Shown here one piece after another: positions 27,027-41,010 of a stretch of 64,000 nt of DNA. The stretch comes from Octopus sinensis. Lineage: Eukaryota. Position numbers and translations under genes: made by a program. The stretch covers positions 62,508,464-62,572,463 of the forward strand of contig NC_043011.1 in NCBI RefSeq assembly GCF_006345805.1, given 5' to 3'. Below the pieces are notes generated by a model. It was given only the letters and a program-made list of their open reading frames with translations. It searched no databases and was not told the origin of the DNA. The stretch's first letter is position 1. Each line of letters begins with the position of its first letter.

Positions 27027-27092
27027 TTCCTGAAATTACCACTATTGCCAGATAAAATAACCTTCAACACTTCTGCTGCAACCACCAACAAT

Positions 27093-27126
<34 letters not shown>

Positions 27127-27184
27127 CCACCACCACCACCACCACCACCACCAATAACACTGCCACCGCTACCACATTTATATA

Positions 27185-27812
27185 CGGTAATCCTTCGACT
27201 ATTGCGGGTGTTACCTACCAAACTCCACTTCCCTGCGATAGGTGAGAATCCGCGAAGTAGAAACAGTACCGTACTGTACATTTTGAAAAAATTATTTTCA
27301 TAATTTGTTTTTATTTATCTCTCTATATATAAACGGCAGTTTGTCTGTGCGTGTTTCTGTGTGTCTGTTTGCTTGTACCCTCACCCTGACCACGGCTTTC
27401 AACCGATTCTGATGAAACTTGACACACACATAGCCCAATGTCATAATTCAAAACTAACGCAGCGAACATTTTGAAAAGTTCCCCCAGTTCTAAAAAAAAT
27501 CGATAAATTCGACATGGGGTCCAGAATCAGAAACACAAACTGTCTAGGGGATGCAACTCCACCTTTTTTAACTAAAAAAAAAATTTACCATCATTTTTTT
27601 CCATTTTTTGCTATTTTTTGGCTATAACTCTCTAAAAATGCTTTATAGTTATTTCCCTTACAAACCTGAGCAACGCCGGGCGATACTGCTAGTTTTATTA
27701 TAAATGCAAAACAACACGAGGGAAGAATCTGCGTAAGCTTAAATAACAAAGCTCGACAGGTGAACCGCGATAGGTGAACCACGATAGGTGAACCGCGATA
27801 TGGCGATTACTG
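27185..27812. mobile_element. pogo/Tigger-like MITE interrupted by the Helitron
   Basis: TA|cggtaatccttcgactattgcgg ... ccgcgatatggcgattactg|TA imperfect TIRs. Three tandem 15-bp aggtgaaccgcgat subterminal repeats at about 27757-27800 and a related motif near 27235. Confidence 0.7.
27318..27692 (+). mobile_element. Non-autonomous Helitron (375 bp), complete
   Basis: Starts A|TCTCTCTATATATAAAC and ends with hairpin cctg-agcaacgc-cggg plus cgatactgCTAG|T (27689-92). Inserted between A and T with no TSD. Confidence 0.85.
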
Positions 27813-28229
27813 TACATGGGCAGTATTAAATCACCTGTTATAACAATCTGTTGGAGGTGGGTTTCTGCTAGAAATAGCATCCGATTAACCCTCAAATACA
27901 ATAAACAACCAGTGTAAAGAACACGTTCGATAATACATCCCTAGACAGGCTTTGCCAGAAAAGGAAAAAATTCAGGTTGATTATGTTCTTTGTAGTCAAA
28001 GAGAAATGATAATACTTTTGGCCCATTTTTGTACGATGCTTAAATGAGGGCAAGAATGAAGCGTTGCCTCCACATTTGCGAAACATTTGTCTGAGAATAA
28101 ATGGAAGAAATGGCATCGTCCTTGTACGGAAAAAGGCGTAGCGTCAATTTGACACCTTTTCTCATTTGAATTATATATATTATATACATACATACATACA
28201 TACATACATACATACGTACATATATATTT

Positions 28230-28422
28230 GATATGAGGGTGAGAAATTAGATATTAATTTAATTAACATTGATTTAACACCAGTGGTCTAGCATATAAAA
28301 ACAGAACTGAAGGTTCAGTAAGATTATATTAAATACATATTAAAGGGAAAACCACTATGTGGATCTATTTCTAGAATAAGGGTGTCCACATAGTGGTTTT
28401 CCATCCAATATGTATTTAATAT
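28230..28422 (+). repeat. (TA)n-adjacent repeat ending in a hairpin with 38-bp arms
   Basis: Shares accagtgg(t/c)(c/t)tag with 38100 and 60066. IR: ggaaaaccactatgtgga (28346-63) with tccacatagtggttttcc (28385-402), plus outer atattaaatacatatt with aatatgtatttaatat. Confidence 0.55.
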
Positions 28423-28546
28423 ATACATTCACACACACACACACATATATATATGCATATGCATACATACATACATACACACACACACACTCACACACAC
28501 ATATATATACGTACACACACATACACACATATACACGTTTATTTTC

Positions 28547-28850
28547 GTGAAAGCGCATGCTCAGTGGTTAGAGCGCCGGGCTCGCAATCATGACGCAGTG
28601 AGTTCTATTCCCAGACCTGGCTGTATATTGTGTTCTATAGCAAGACACTATTTAACGTTGCTCCAGTTCACTCAGCTGTAGAAATGAGTCGTCGCATCTC
28701 TGGTGCCAATCTGTCTCGACCCCTTATGCCTTGGATAACATCTAAGGCGTTTGTAAGCTTGTATGCAGGGTCCTCCGCAAACAACCTTGTCCCGGTTTGT
28801 GCCTCGGAGGGTATCTTTCGAGGTTCAATCCCTTGGTCATTCAGCTCGTA
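28547..28850 (+). mobile_element. SINE family C
   Basis: gtgaaagcgcatgctcagtggttagagcg..gagttctattcc..gcaagacactatttaacgttgctccagttcactcagctgtagaaatgagt. Confidence 0.8.
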
Positions 28851-29327
28851 GCCATTTATGAAATATTTTGTTGATAGAAATATGTAAGGGACCAAGGAGT
28901 GCCCCTCTAATGTGGTCATCCAACATGCTAAAGATATCAGCCAAATTTCTCTAAACTCATACGTTACTGTCTCCAAAAAGAGGGGGAGCGCATTAACTAC
29001 CGTCTAAGTGTTAGAAGAAAAACATAATTTATTGGATTGAACTGTTTTTGCAGGTATGAAAAAAGTAATCAACGTTTGTTGTATATATCCATCCTCAGAA
29101 ACAAAAGGATCCCAGAAAGTTGACTACTGAATAATGTAAGTCTGGGATGAATTGTATTTGAAAATAAGAGGAGGTCATGGTTAGAATGTCTTTGCTCATA
29201 AGTCTGCTGAATCTCGGCTGACCTGAGGTTCAACACCAATAATTATAATATTTTAAGATGAAAACAAAAAGAATAGAACAAAAATTATCCACAATTCTTC
29301 AAACATTTTAACTAACATTTCATAACA

Positions 29328-29398
<71 letters not shown>

Positions 29399-30085
29399 TA
29401 GATAAACTTAGATATGTTTCGACCAAAGATTGGTCCAGGCCATGTATAACTTAATAGCACCACCTGATGATGATTGTACAATTGCCTCACATGAACTGTG
29501 CCTCCCTTTACTAAGTACTACTAGTATTAATTATCATTAATAGTTATTAAAGCAACAGAATTATTGAAACTGGCTAAATTACTTTGGAGTTACATTCCTC
29601 TGAATTCAATTTGAAATCCGAAGCTAACTTTGACTTTTCATCTATTTTTTTGAGTACCAGTAATATACAGGGCTCCATCCAATTAACTCTATCCCTCCAC
29701 AACATATATATGACAGTGGTAGCAATGGTATATATCATTACTATTACTAGTATGTAAAGCAAGAGTTGACCTCATACCTGACTTCAATCCCTGGTTGTGC
29801 CCTTCTCATTTTGTTTCTACAGATTCTACAGATTCTTTTTAAAGAGTCTAAGTATAAAACCTTTCCACTATGTTCAGTGCGTAATTTGAAGGTGTTATAA
29901 TATTCCCTTTTTTTTTGTTATAAATTTGTGACAACTGACTTAAAGTTTGCCTTTCATCTTTCCAGAGATACAATGTTCTGACGTACCAGTCACATTCAAG
30001 GGTCAATTAGATCAGATATACTCTCCCTCTAAAATTTGTGGGCTTTTACCTATGTTAGAAAATATTATTATTATTATTATTATTA

Positions 30086-30139
<54 letters not shown>

Positions 30140-30631
30140 CATTATTATTATTATTATCATTATTATTATTAATATTTATAAGTATGGTGGATTATCAGAA
30201 TCGGTAAGTATGTAAGATAAATTGCTTTCTTAAAATTCTGAGTTCAAATCCCACCGAGGTAAACTTTGTCATTCATCCTTCTAAGGTTGATAAAATAAAA
30301 TACCTGTTAAGTCCTGGGGTCAATTTAAGCAATTCTTCCTTCCTTAGTGCCTAAGTTGTAAACAGTTATTTTTTACAGAAAGTTGGAAATCTGGCAGGTC
30401 TGTTACAATGTCAGAAAAATTGCTTTTGCTGTACTTGTTCCAATTATATTCCTAAAATATTTTGAGGAATGCCAACGCTCCGACACCCAAAATTCTCTTT
30501 ATGTAAGTTATTTCAGATATTTTAAGAAGAATTATACAAGTGAAATAAATATTGCCAAGAAGCAGAAACCGTATATGGAAGCACGATTACTTACATATAT
30601 TCATATGCCTACATAAATTACATATGCCTAC

Positions 30632-30687
<56 letters not shown>

Positions 30688-30751
30688 GACACACAAACAT
30701 ACACATAAACACACGTGGATATATATATATATATTATATATATATATATAT

Positions 30752-30784
<33 letters not shown>

Positions 30785-31523
30785 TGTAAATGTGAAAATA
30801 GCCAAATAACGAACATACACGCAGTAGGTGTGTATGTATAAGCATTTATATATATTTGATAAATATTTTAGAGAATGTCTTTCAAATTGTTTAAGAATAT
30901 TAATTTAATATCTTAGAAACGCCAGGAAAATGAAAATGTATTAATTCTGCTTCTTTGGAATGACTATATATGGGCATTTTCTTGAGATAATTTATAGATG
31001 ATTTTGGGAGGAGAAGAAGGAAATGAAGCAAATACATTAGAAAATATTAACAAAAGAAATAAGCTACACATTCTGTGTTTGTTATCAATATGAAGAACAG
31101 TATATATAACGGATCTGAAAAAAAGATGGAATGAAAAATTTAATCACCACTACCACCACCAACGGCAACAAGAACAAGATAATAATAATAATAATAATAA
31201 TAATAATCATAATAATAATAATAATAATAATAATAATTCTTATTATCATCATCATCATCATCGTCATCGTCATCCTTATTTATTAATATCATCATAAAAA
31301 CAGTGATGATGATGATGATGATCATGATCATGAAAAATAAAAACCCGCAAATATTGGGATGGTGTATAACTATTGCGGATTTTTGTTTTTCAACAAAACC
31401 AATAATATGTTACAATAACATTTTAAAATGTTTATTCCGGAGCATATTCACCATCTACTTCGATTACTGCTTCCCATTTGCTTGACAGACGATCAGACCG
31501 TCATTTAAAGATGGTTTTGTCAA

Positions 31524-31832
31524 ATATTCTGTTGTGTCTGGGGAGGGTCATTCTCTTTTAGTGCCTCATTATTTAACACACTCACTGGTAAAATTTACAC
31601 TTATTTCGTTGCGTATTGCAACCTATTCAATAGTCTTAGACTATTGAAAAGGTTGCAATACGCAACGAAAAAAGTGTAAATTTTTCAATAGTCTTAGACT
31701 ATTGAAAAGGTTGCAAGACGCAACGAAAATTTTAGAAAATAAAAATAAGAAATAAGTGAAAATTTTAACACTGAGTGTGTTAAATAATAAGGCACTAAAA
31801 GAGAATGACTCTCCCCAGACACAACAGAATAT
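31524..31832. repeat. Nested palindrome with a duplicated 1-nt-loop hairpin tip
   Basis: Outer arms of about 80 bp (31524-31605 and 31750-31832). Inner hairpin of about 47-bp arms centred on T31637 (ttcaatagtct-t-agactattgaa). The same tip recurs centred on 31695. Confidence 0.85.
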
Positions 31833-33039
31833 GCTTCAACACACGAACTCATATAAAGAATCTTGCAAACCAAATCCAAAAACAAAATATTTGTCAAATA
31901 TTATTATAGTTTTTGTTGAATAAATTATTGTTGGAAAAAGCCGCAATAATTATGCACCAACCCAATAGTCTGAAATCTCGAGTATGGAATTTATTTGCGT
32001 GCAAAGAACGAAGCTGCTACAATTTAGATAAAGTTGTTGATCTTGTTGCTTAGCCCCAGGTCAACCATGATAGAGCAGATTTAGTACGAAAGACCGTCCA
32101 CCCTCACCAGTTTTATATACTGTTTTAGACCTTGGTTAGTTTTTGCGTAGAAGACCTATGATGAAACATGCTTGTCCCATGACAATTCTGTTTCTTTTTT
32201 CATGATGTGTGAAACGTATGGTCTTTTAACACACAGACACACGCGCGCGCACGCATGTCAGTATGCACCTACATGATGCTTGTATCATCTTATCCAATGT
32301 TGGTGGTCTTACATTCAGCCTGAATCATCTAATTTACTTTCACACCCACATATATGCCAATATAATAACCCTTCACGTCCCGCATGAATCACTTTAGGAT
32401 TTTAAAAAATCCAAACCGGATAGTGAGACATCTGTACGTCAATGGATTTCAGTGACTAAAGATTGCACAACACTTTCGTCTCTCTTCCGGTGGCGATAAT
32501 AGGTTCTAGTTACAGGCACTGCAAGATGGCTGCCACGCTTTAGACAGCAAGTTTTATGTCAGAGTATCATTCCCCTAGCAGGCCTACCTTCCCAGCGATT
32601 TGCCGAAAATAACAGATGCCTACCCTACCCCACAGAAATCTATTTAACCTATAAATTGGTCACCTACAAGTACTGCGGTCCCACGAATTGTGATCTCTTT
32701 CTATACCTTATTATTCTTAAATTTGACCCCCTAATAATTTGGCCATGCTCACACTTTATTATGGCGTTGAGTATATTTTTCTATTTCTTCTGCTTTACAT
32801 TTTTGTTGTTCTTTTTCTTCTTTTCTTCAATTATCTTTCTTTTTCAAGAGGATCAGTCTCAGATACATTTTACTACGCTGCTTCCAGAATTCTCTGTCTC
32901 ATTAGCTTTGGTAGTTTCTCCATTTTATGTTGTACGACCTTCCTAATATCTTCAATGTATAGGGCGATCCTAATGTCTTGTCACCACCGACCAAAAAGTA
33001 ATAAGAACAATACAGGGATAATATGATAATATCAAACAC

Positions 33040-33250
33040 ATGACCAGAATACCCAACTGTCGATGAACGCTGTTTCGGAAGCCTTTGCAACAATCGCCAA
33101 AATACTGCTTCGTAAAAAATCACACAGGACATAGAACCGCGTCATTTTGTGACACAAATATGATGGTGCTCATATAGACATCTTCGATATGTGACTGTGT
33201 CAGTGTTAATGTATATGATTACGCTAAAACCAGTGTTTGATATTATTATG
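33040..33250 (-). repeat. Unclassified interspersed repeat of about 215 bp, copy 1
   Basis: Reverse-complement homology to 43232-43455 (e.g. caaaatgacgcggttctatgtcctgtgtg vs caaaatgatgcggcgtcatgtcctgtgt; gcaaaggcttccgaaacagc vs gcaaaggctaccgaaacagc). Confidence 0.7.
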
Positions 33251-33259
33251 TTGCTCCAA

Positions 33260-33590
33260 AGGTGGCGAGGTTGCACAATCGTTAGCACGCCGGGCGAAAA
33301 GCTTAGCAGTATTTCGTCTGCCGCTACGTTCTGAGTTCAAATTCCGCCGAGGTCGACTTTGCCTTTCATCCTTTCGGGGTCGATTAGATAAGTACCAGTT
33401 ACGCACTGGGGCCGATGTAATCGACTCAATCTGTTTTTCTGTCATTCATCATCCTCTCTGTGTTTAGCCCCTTGTGGGTAGTAAAGAAATAAGTATTTCC
33501 TCTGTCTTTACGTTCTGAGTTCAAATTCCACAGCGGTCGACTTTGCCTCACCCAAAATTTCGGGCCTTGTGCCTAGTGTAGAAAAGAATC
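33260..33590 (+). mobile_element. SINE family A (dimeric, second unit internally deleted)
   Basis: Head, B-box twice, tail ccttgtgcctagtgtagaaaagaat. Confidence 0.85.
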
Positions 33591-34849
33591 AGTATGTTGT
33601 TCCTCTATTGTTCTTATTAATTTCCCGTAGGGGGTGGCAAGATTTTCGCACCACCCTGTAGATGGTCGCCCCTCTTTCATTATGAAGGTGTGGGATTCTC
33701 CAAAATATCAGATATGGGCTGGTTTTCAGCACCATACACAAGGCTATAAAGTCCTACCCTACGTTGACCCACAATAGTGGAGATGAACGGAAAAACCTTT
33801 GGTCTTTGTTTTCCACAACATAAATTTTGACCTTTATATAAGAACCACGAAGATCAACTTGAATTTCCAGCTCCATAATTCACGTTTACTTTCAATAGAA
33901 ACCAGAGTTTCTCTCTTTTTTTTTACACATGCTTTGTGGAAAGCTTGTCTTCTGAAACTGAAATACTTAATTCTTTACAGGTGTTTTTAACCTTGTTACA
34001 AGTAATCTCACCTGGACAGATGTGTGTCAGGAAATAGATTTTAACGTCGGTTTTATAGGTAGTAAGCTAATTAGGCTTACCGAAATCTTTGAGTCGAATA
34101 TCACCGGTGGAAGAACTTGGTGTTATACGTTCTCATAACTTAGCAGCTAGGCAAATAGACACCGATAGAGTAAGTACCGTGCTTAACAAAAAATAAGTCC
34201 TGGGGTCGATTTATTCGATTAAAACTTCTTCAAGGTGGTGCTCCAGCATGGTCGCGATCTAATGACTGAAACAAGTAAAAGATAAAAAATACAAACATAT
34301 ATATATATATATACACGTATAAACTTATACATATATATGTGTATATGCATAAACTTATACGCATATTTATGAATAGAAATATGTATGTATGTGTGTGCAT
34401 GCGCGTGCCTGGGGGCATAGATGAATTCAGTGACATGTCTAGAAAATTTGATGATAATTTTCAATAAGTTAAGGGGTGTGAAAAATTCTATACCTGAGGC
34501 GAACATGAATAGTGTCTACATAAATGCACACATATACACGGACACACACAAACATACAGGTGCACACGCACACACATATACACCCCCACACACACACGTC
34601 TGATAGAATTTCCTCCTTCTCAGAGACAACATATATTGGTAAAGCTTTGTTGTTGACTTTTAATAGTCATTTTGCATGGTGGAGAACATTTTCCTCTATA
34701 AAACTATTTTCTCTCTCCCTCAGCCTCTCTCTGTATACGTACATACATAGATACATACACACATACATACATATATAAATACATTCATACATACATACAT
34801 ACATACATACATACATACACACACACGTACATACATACATACATAAATA

Positions 34850-34880
<31 letters not shown>

Positions 34881-35347
34881 ATATATATATTTACAAATCA
34901 TATAAATTAGATAAGAAACCTAAACACACACAACCGTAAAATTTTTCGTTAATGTGTTTCCGACATTAAATTTTAAAATTCTTTGACGTAAACGAAAAAG
35001 AATTACAAAAACATTCAAAATCTATAAAAATTATTTTGTATATTTGCATTCCTTGTCTACTGTCCTGAAACATTAAATTATGAAATATCTGAAGTTTCAA
35101 TCACTGTTAGAACACTGCCTTGCTCTCCGTGCCTCAATGTTAGATATATACGAACATGTCGCATATGGAAATGTTGAATTTTAAAAAGAATACAGGCAAA
35201 ATCTAACTAAAATATCTTTTGGTTATTCTTAACAATGTAAACTCCACCCCCGGGATGCTTTTTCCTGATTTTAAATATGATATGTCAATATATTGTCACG
35301 CCTTACACACACGCATGTACACACACTTACACTACACGCAAACACGC

Positions 35348-35745
35348 AGGCAGCGAGCTGGCAGAATCGTTAGCCCGCCGGGCGAAATGCTTTGTGGTAC
35401 TTCGTCCGCCGCTGCGTTCTGAGTTCAAATTCCGCCGAGGTCGACTTTGCCTTTCATCCTTTCGGGGTCGATAAATAATGTACCAGTTACGCAGTGGGGT
35501 CGATATAATCGACTTAATCCGTTTGTCTGTCCTTGTTTGTTCTCTCTGTGTTTAGCCCCTTGTGGGTAGTAAAGAAATAGGTATCTCACCCGTCGCTACA
35601 TTCTGAGTTCAAACTTCGCCGAGGTCGACTTTGCCTTTCATCCTTTCGGGTTCGATAAATTAAGTACTAGTGAATTTCGGAGGTCGATGTAATCGACTAG
35701 TTCCCTCTCCAAAACTTCGGGCCTTGTGCCTATCATAGAAATGAT
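35348..35745 (+). mobile_element. SINE family A (dimeric)
   Basis: Head plus two body units and tail. Confidence 0.85.
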
Positions 35746-37120
35746 ATATCCAAAGTAAGGTTGTGGAACTTGTATAATGCAGGCTACGTATGTTTATTGG
35801 CTAATATGCGTAGTCTGCTTTATATCCGTTCCACTCCCTCAATTCAGATATTTTTCGCATCCATAGTAATTCTAGCTGCTAACCATGATCTACAGAGAAA
35901 CTTTCAGCTTACCAAATTTCCTCGTAATTTAGATATAGGGAAAAGAATATAACCTTTGACTAAATAAATTGCATACTGTCCTCCTTTTGTGTTCTGGAAA
36001 TGCCACGGGCTGCTTGAAGCTTATATACATTCATGATTTTAACGTCATGAAACCTGCAAAGACATTGGTATCGAATTTGTAAATATAAAATGTGTTTCCT
36101 TACTCGCATAGAATCTACGGTAAATGCTGTAGAATTTGTTGAGTGTCTGTAGAAGTCGAAAAGAGACCTGGCAGGTGGAGTTCTAACTCGTGGAGGGAGC
36201 ATAGCATTTCAGTTCCTGTTATGAATTCTAGACTCATGAGAGTAATGGAAACCTTCGCATTTCACGTTAAACCTTCCACTTGCAATTAAACACTGGCGAA
36301 AAAACATAGAGAGAAATGTCATCTTCTTCTAATCCATTTCCCAATTTATTCTCAATCAGATTTACTATTGCCATCATCCATTGTTATTCACACAGACTCT
36401 CAACATTTTTCATAGTATTCAAAGATATAAACCATTGCAACTCACATAAAATACAGATAACCAATCTATTGTAACAATAAAAGTGATAACTTTATTTACT
36501 TCCATAAAATCTCAACAATTTGCGGAATGTTACATATATAAATTTAATATAAATTTCATTAACGATAAAAGAGTGTATGTGAAAAGCAAAACTAAATATC
36601 GATTGAGAATGTTTCGTTCTTTCACCATTTTCGTTCAGTATTCTTCACTGACTATTTAGGCAGAAGGTTCAAGATTTCTTTTCCACGATTACTTCGTCTT
36701 CCATCGTTTTCTGTTTATAGACGGGCTAAATTACATAAACATTTAAAGCGATGGAGGTTAGCTTTCCAACTTATGCTCTTATATACAAAACTGACATCAG
36801 CACAGCAAGACAAATTCGGAAAGGGACAGACAAGGGTGGCTATGTGGTAAGGGGTTTCCATTGTAACCCCATCGTTTGGGATCAAAACCCTCTCATTAAG
36901 ACATATATTCTTTTCTTTCTTTTACTTGCTTCAATCGTTTGACTGCGGCCATGCTGGAGCACCAATTTTAGTCGAACACATCGACCTCACAACTTATTCT
37001 TTGTAAGCCTAGTACTTATTCTATCGGTCTCTCTTGCTAAGTTACGGGGACGTAAACACACCAACATCGGTTGTCAAGGGATGGAGGAGCAAAGACAGAC
37101 ACATAAATACATACATACAC

Positions 37121-37182
<62 letters not shown>

Positions 37183-37261
37183 GCATACACTCACATATAC
37201 ACAATGCTAATTGAAAATAGCTATAATAATGGTAGTAGTAATAGTAGTAGTAGTTGTTGTT

Positions 37262-37337
<76 letters not shown>

Positions 37338-37958
37338 CAGCAGCAGCAGCAGCAACAGTCTATGCAGTAGCAACAGACTGAGTAGCGGCGGCAGCATCTT
37401 CTTCAGCAGCAGAAGCGATATGTATACGCAAGCATGTATGTATGCCTGCGTAAAGGTTGAACCTGTGTTATATTATCATATAAGCAGTAATCCAATCTAT
37501 TATGCTAACATTAAAAAAAAAACAAAGAACTGATACAAAAGAATTTAATAACCTTTGAAAATGCGATTTTGATTTACATCTTGTTGATATAATTATAGAT
37601 GCGTTGTTTCTATCTCATGTACATCATCAGTGAAAACGCCAGAAAATTACATTCGTTCGATTTTATTCTTCGTTATTTTAAGAAAAATAAAAACAGGAAA
37701 GAATTTGTTAAACGTGTATCGTTTCATTTGTTCCTCGTTTGAAAAAATTGACATAAATGAGCTTAGCAGTCAGCAGACATGGCTGTGGCGGTTAACATGC
37801 TCAGGTTACAACCACATATCTTTGGTTTCAGTTTCAGTTCCATTGCGCGGCGCCTTGACCAAATGGGTGTTTTCCACCATAGCCGCGTGCCGACCAATGC
37901 CTTGTAAGTTAACCTGTTAGACAAAGACTGTGGGGAAGCTCTTTATATATATATATAT

Positions 37959-38035
<77 letters not shown>

Positions 38036-38054
38036 ATATATATATATAATATAT

Positions 38055-38197
38055 ATATACAATTAAATAAGCGTACAAATTGATATTAATCAAGTAAAAC
38101 CAGTGGCCTAGTATATTAAAAAAAATCCGGAGATTAAAAATTGCTTTAAATACAAAATTTAGAGGACTGTCCACTTTTAGTGTTCAGTCCTCTAAAT

Positions 38198-38200
<3 letters not shown>
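38055..38200 (+). repeat. Related (TA)n-adjacent repeat ending in a hairpin with 14-bp arms
   Basis: aatttagaggactg (38156-69) pairs with cagtcctctaaatt (38185-98). Upstream is homologous to 28250-28300. Confidence 0.5.
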
Positions 38201-38240
<40 letters not shown>

Positions 38241-38256
38241 ATATATATATATATAT

Positions 38257-38384
<128 letters not shown>

Positions 38385-38897
38385 CTTTTACTTGTTATAG
38401 ATATTTGACTGCGGCCATGCTGAACAAATCCATTTTTTGTTGGCAAACAATCTTTACTATGATTCCACTGTAGTAGACTTATTTCAACCATTCCAAAACT
38501 CGCAGACAAAACTTTGTTTGAACAATTATTACCTGGTATTACATTTATTAATTGACATCAAATTATGTCGCACTGTCTGTGGCCTCGTCACAAAAACAGT
38601 TCTACAGCAACGAAAACTAATTCAATAACCAGGTTGAATCAAGTTAGTTACTCGATCGTCGCAGACATTGCGACAAAAAATTTGGCACTACTTCATAGGT
38701 AGTGTCTGCGTGGTTTTAAATGTTTCAAATGAAGTTTTCACGCAAACTTATAGATTCTATATTTTCATCTATGTTTAGAACTAATCTGGAATTCGATAGA
38801 CAAGACCATATATTATCATTAATGCATGGTATGGCAATGGTTACACGGACATCATGTCTATAATCATATTTTTATGGGGGAAAGTGTTAATAATTGT

Positions 38898-39212
38898 AAA
38901 GACTCCGCTCGGTCACAGATGACCATGGGATTGCACCTGGAAAGTTACCCTCCGAGGTACAAGTCTGGTCAAGGTTGTTTATGGAAGACCAGCAGTCGCC
39001 CATAAATACCAACCTCCCCTCTCCACGCCACCGATGTTTTACAGGGTAAAGATCGATACAACTTGGTACCAGTAACGTCACAACTCATTTCTATAGCTGA
39101 GTGATCTGGAGTAACGTGAAATAAAGAGACTTCATCAAGAACACAACCCAACACATAGCCCGGTCCGGGATTCGAACTCCCTACCTCATCATTGTGAGCC
39201 ATAGGCCTTCAC
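38898..39212 (-). mobile_element. SINE family C
   Basis: Reverse-orientation homolog of 28547-28850 and 8137-8461. Confidence 0.8.
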
Positions 39213-39819
39213 TTCAAAGTGTATTACAAAAGTTATTTCAACATCCATTGTGTATGATTATCCCAATAAATATATCATGCCTTCTGTCCAATACACGAAT
39301 CCCTTGCATTACGGTAGTAATGTGCTCCGGACAACAGTGTAGTAATGCGAAATACCAAAACCTAACGTCGCCGCAGAATAGAAGATTCTTGTATATATTT
39401 TATTGTAAATTCAGAGAAAAGACAAAAAAAAAACAGCAACAACAACTTTAGGTGCCACTAAGGCCATGTGCCACGCGGAGTGGAAAAATAAAAACTAAAA
39501 AAAACAAAATGTAGCTGATGTTATGTGCTATAAACAAACCACGAAGTTAAATGTGTGACACCTCATCGGTAATTGAAATCCTGGTGTTTCGGTGAAATCA
39601 TTTTTTGAATTCTGAACTTTGACGGTACATCATATTTCCATGACCACTTACACCACATCGAATTTATTGAGCCCTCTTCCATCCAATAAACTCTCCTGAA
39701 CTTACAGTCACGATTATTCCACACACAGACCCTCACCAACTTTCTAAGAAGCCAGATTTTTCTTAATCGTTTACAATTTCCATCGTATTTTGATATCCGT
39801 TACTTATATTTAAATCTAT

Positions 39820-40129
39820 TGTTGTTGTTTGTTCCTTCTCGAGTCACGCCTGCCTCATTAGGGGCCGGTTTATCGCTTTCCTTGGCGTATAGGTTCCCCA
39901 CTTGGACGGGACGCCGGTCCATCGCAGGTGAGATGCAAGATGCAGGAGGAAAGAGTGAGAGAAAGTTATGACGAAATCGTCAGCATAAGAGCGCCCTTAC
40001 CTTCTGCCGGAGCCGCGTGGAGCTTAGGTGTTTCGCTCATAAACATACACATCACCCAGTCTGAGATTCGAAACCGCGATCTCTCGACAGCGAGCCCGCT
40101 TCTCTAACCACTAGGCCAGGTACCTCCAC
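39820..40129 (-). mobile_element. Full-length tRNA-derived SINE family D with a 14-bp target-site duplication
   Basis: Head gtggaggtacctggcctagtggttagag..gtttcgaatctc and (AAC)n tail. atatttaaatctat flanks both sides (39806-19 and 40130-43). Confidence 0.85.
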
Positions 40130-40474
40130 ATATTTAAATCTATGTAAATTAAATTTCGTAATCGTTCCCGTAATATCAACTACGAACAAAAACATTTGAA
40201 TTAATATTTTCTGCTTCAGCAATAAGTTTTCCTGTAGGTATAGTTTTCGTACCTAACAATGAAAACATTTCATTCTTGCTCTATAAACAGATATTTGATG
40301 GAATACTGGAAATAATTGAGAAAACCTGAAAAACAGTATTTTGTAAGAAGAATCCCCAGCGGTGTCTCTGCTTCGCGTAGCGTAGGTACAGTTCTTTTTC
40401 TTTTTTGAAAACGGTGGGGTAAAACCACGTTTCACTGTTAACGGCAATAAAGTTTTGAGCGAATATAAGTGATG

Positions 40475-40505
<31 letters not shown>

Positions 40506-40758
40506 GAAGTAACAATAAAAATAGTCTTTGGATAGATTTTATAAACATTTTCTGCATTGCTACGCACGTATCCATAAATAACATGTCTCTTAAAATCACA
40601 GTCTGGGATATGTGGAAACGCGCGTAGCGATACATTAAATATTTATTTAATTCTATCCAAGGATTATTGTTATTATCATATTTATCCTACATTATCGGTA
40701 CAACCCCAATTAGCTGGTTCATCGACTGTAGCCGGCATAACAGAACAAGAGCTTTATT

Positions 40759-40801
<43 letters not shown>

Positions 40802-40854
40802 CCTTTCGTACCCCGTTTGAAATAACCTTTCAATTATTGACACGTAGCGTAGCT

Positions 40855-41010
40855 AGGGGTTTGGGGGGAGAGGGATAGACCCTAGTGCTCCATCCATATT
40901 TATTTCATCCACTCCGAAACGATGAAAGGTAAAGTTAACCTCGGCGAAATTAGAACACAGAACGTAAGAGCATTTTATCCGACACACCAGCATTTCTTGC
41001 AGCTCGCCAA
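40855..41010 (-). mobile_element. SINE family A, degenerate
   Basis: gatgaaaggtaaagttaacctcggcgaaatt.gaacacagaacgtaag..agctcgcc. Confidence 0.65.

Noticed and set aside
29410-29475. HHR-like pieces (ggtcGAAACATATC on -; CTGATGA on +)
   Set aside because: The two half-cores lie on opposite strands, and the - strand lacks CTGANGA. The similar piece at about 25630-25660 is also too degraded to call.
32520-32540. YY1-like motif CAAGATGGCTGCC (also AAAATGGCGG at about 54463) as a promoter
   Set aside because: A single short motif without a CpG-rich context or a linked exon is not enough support.
35960-36202. 80-aa ORF MLPPRVRTPPARSLFDF.. as a gene start
   Set aside because: The apparent 50-nt intron gives an immediate stop, and no homology is recognisable. 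Kept only as a donor-site remark.
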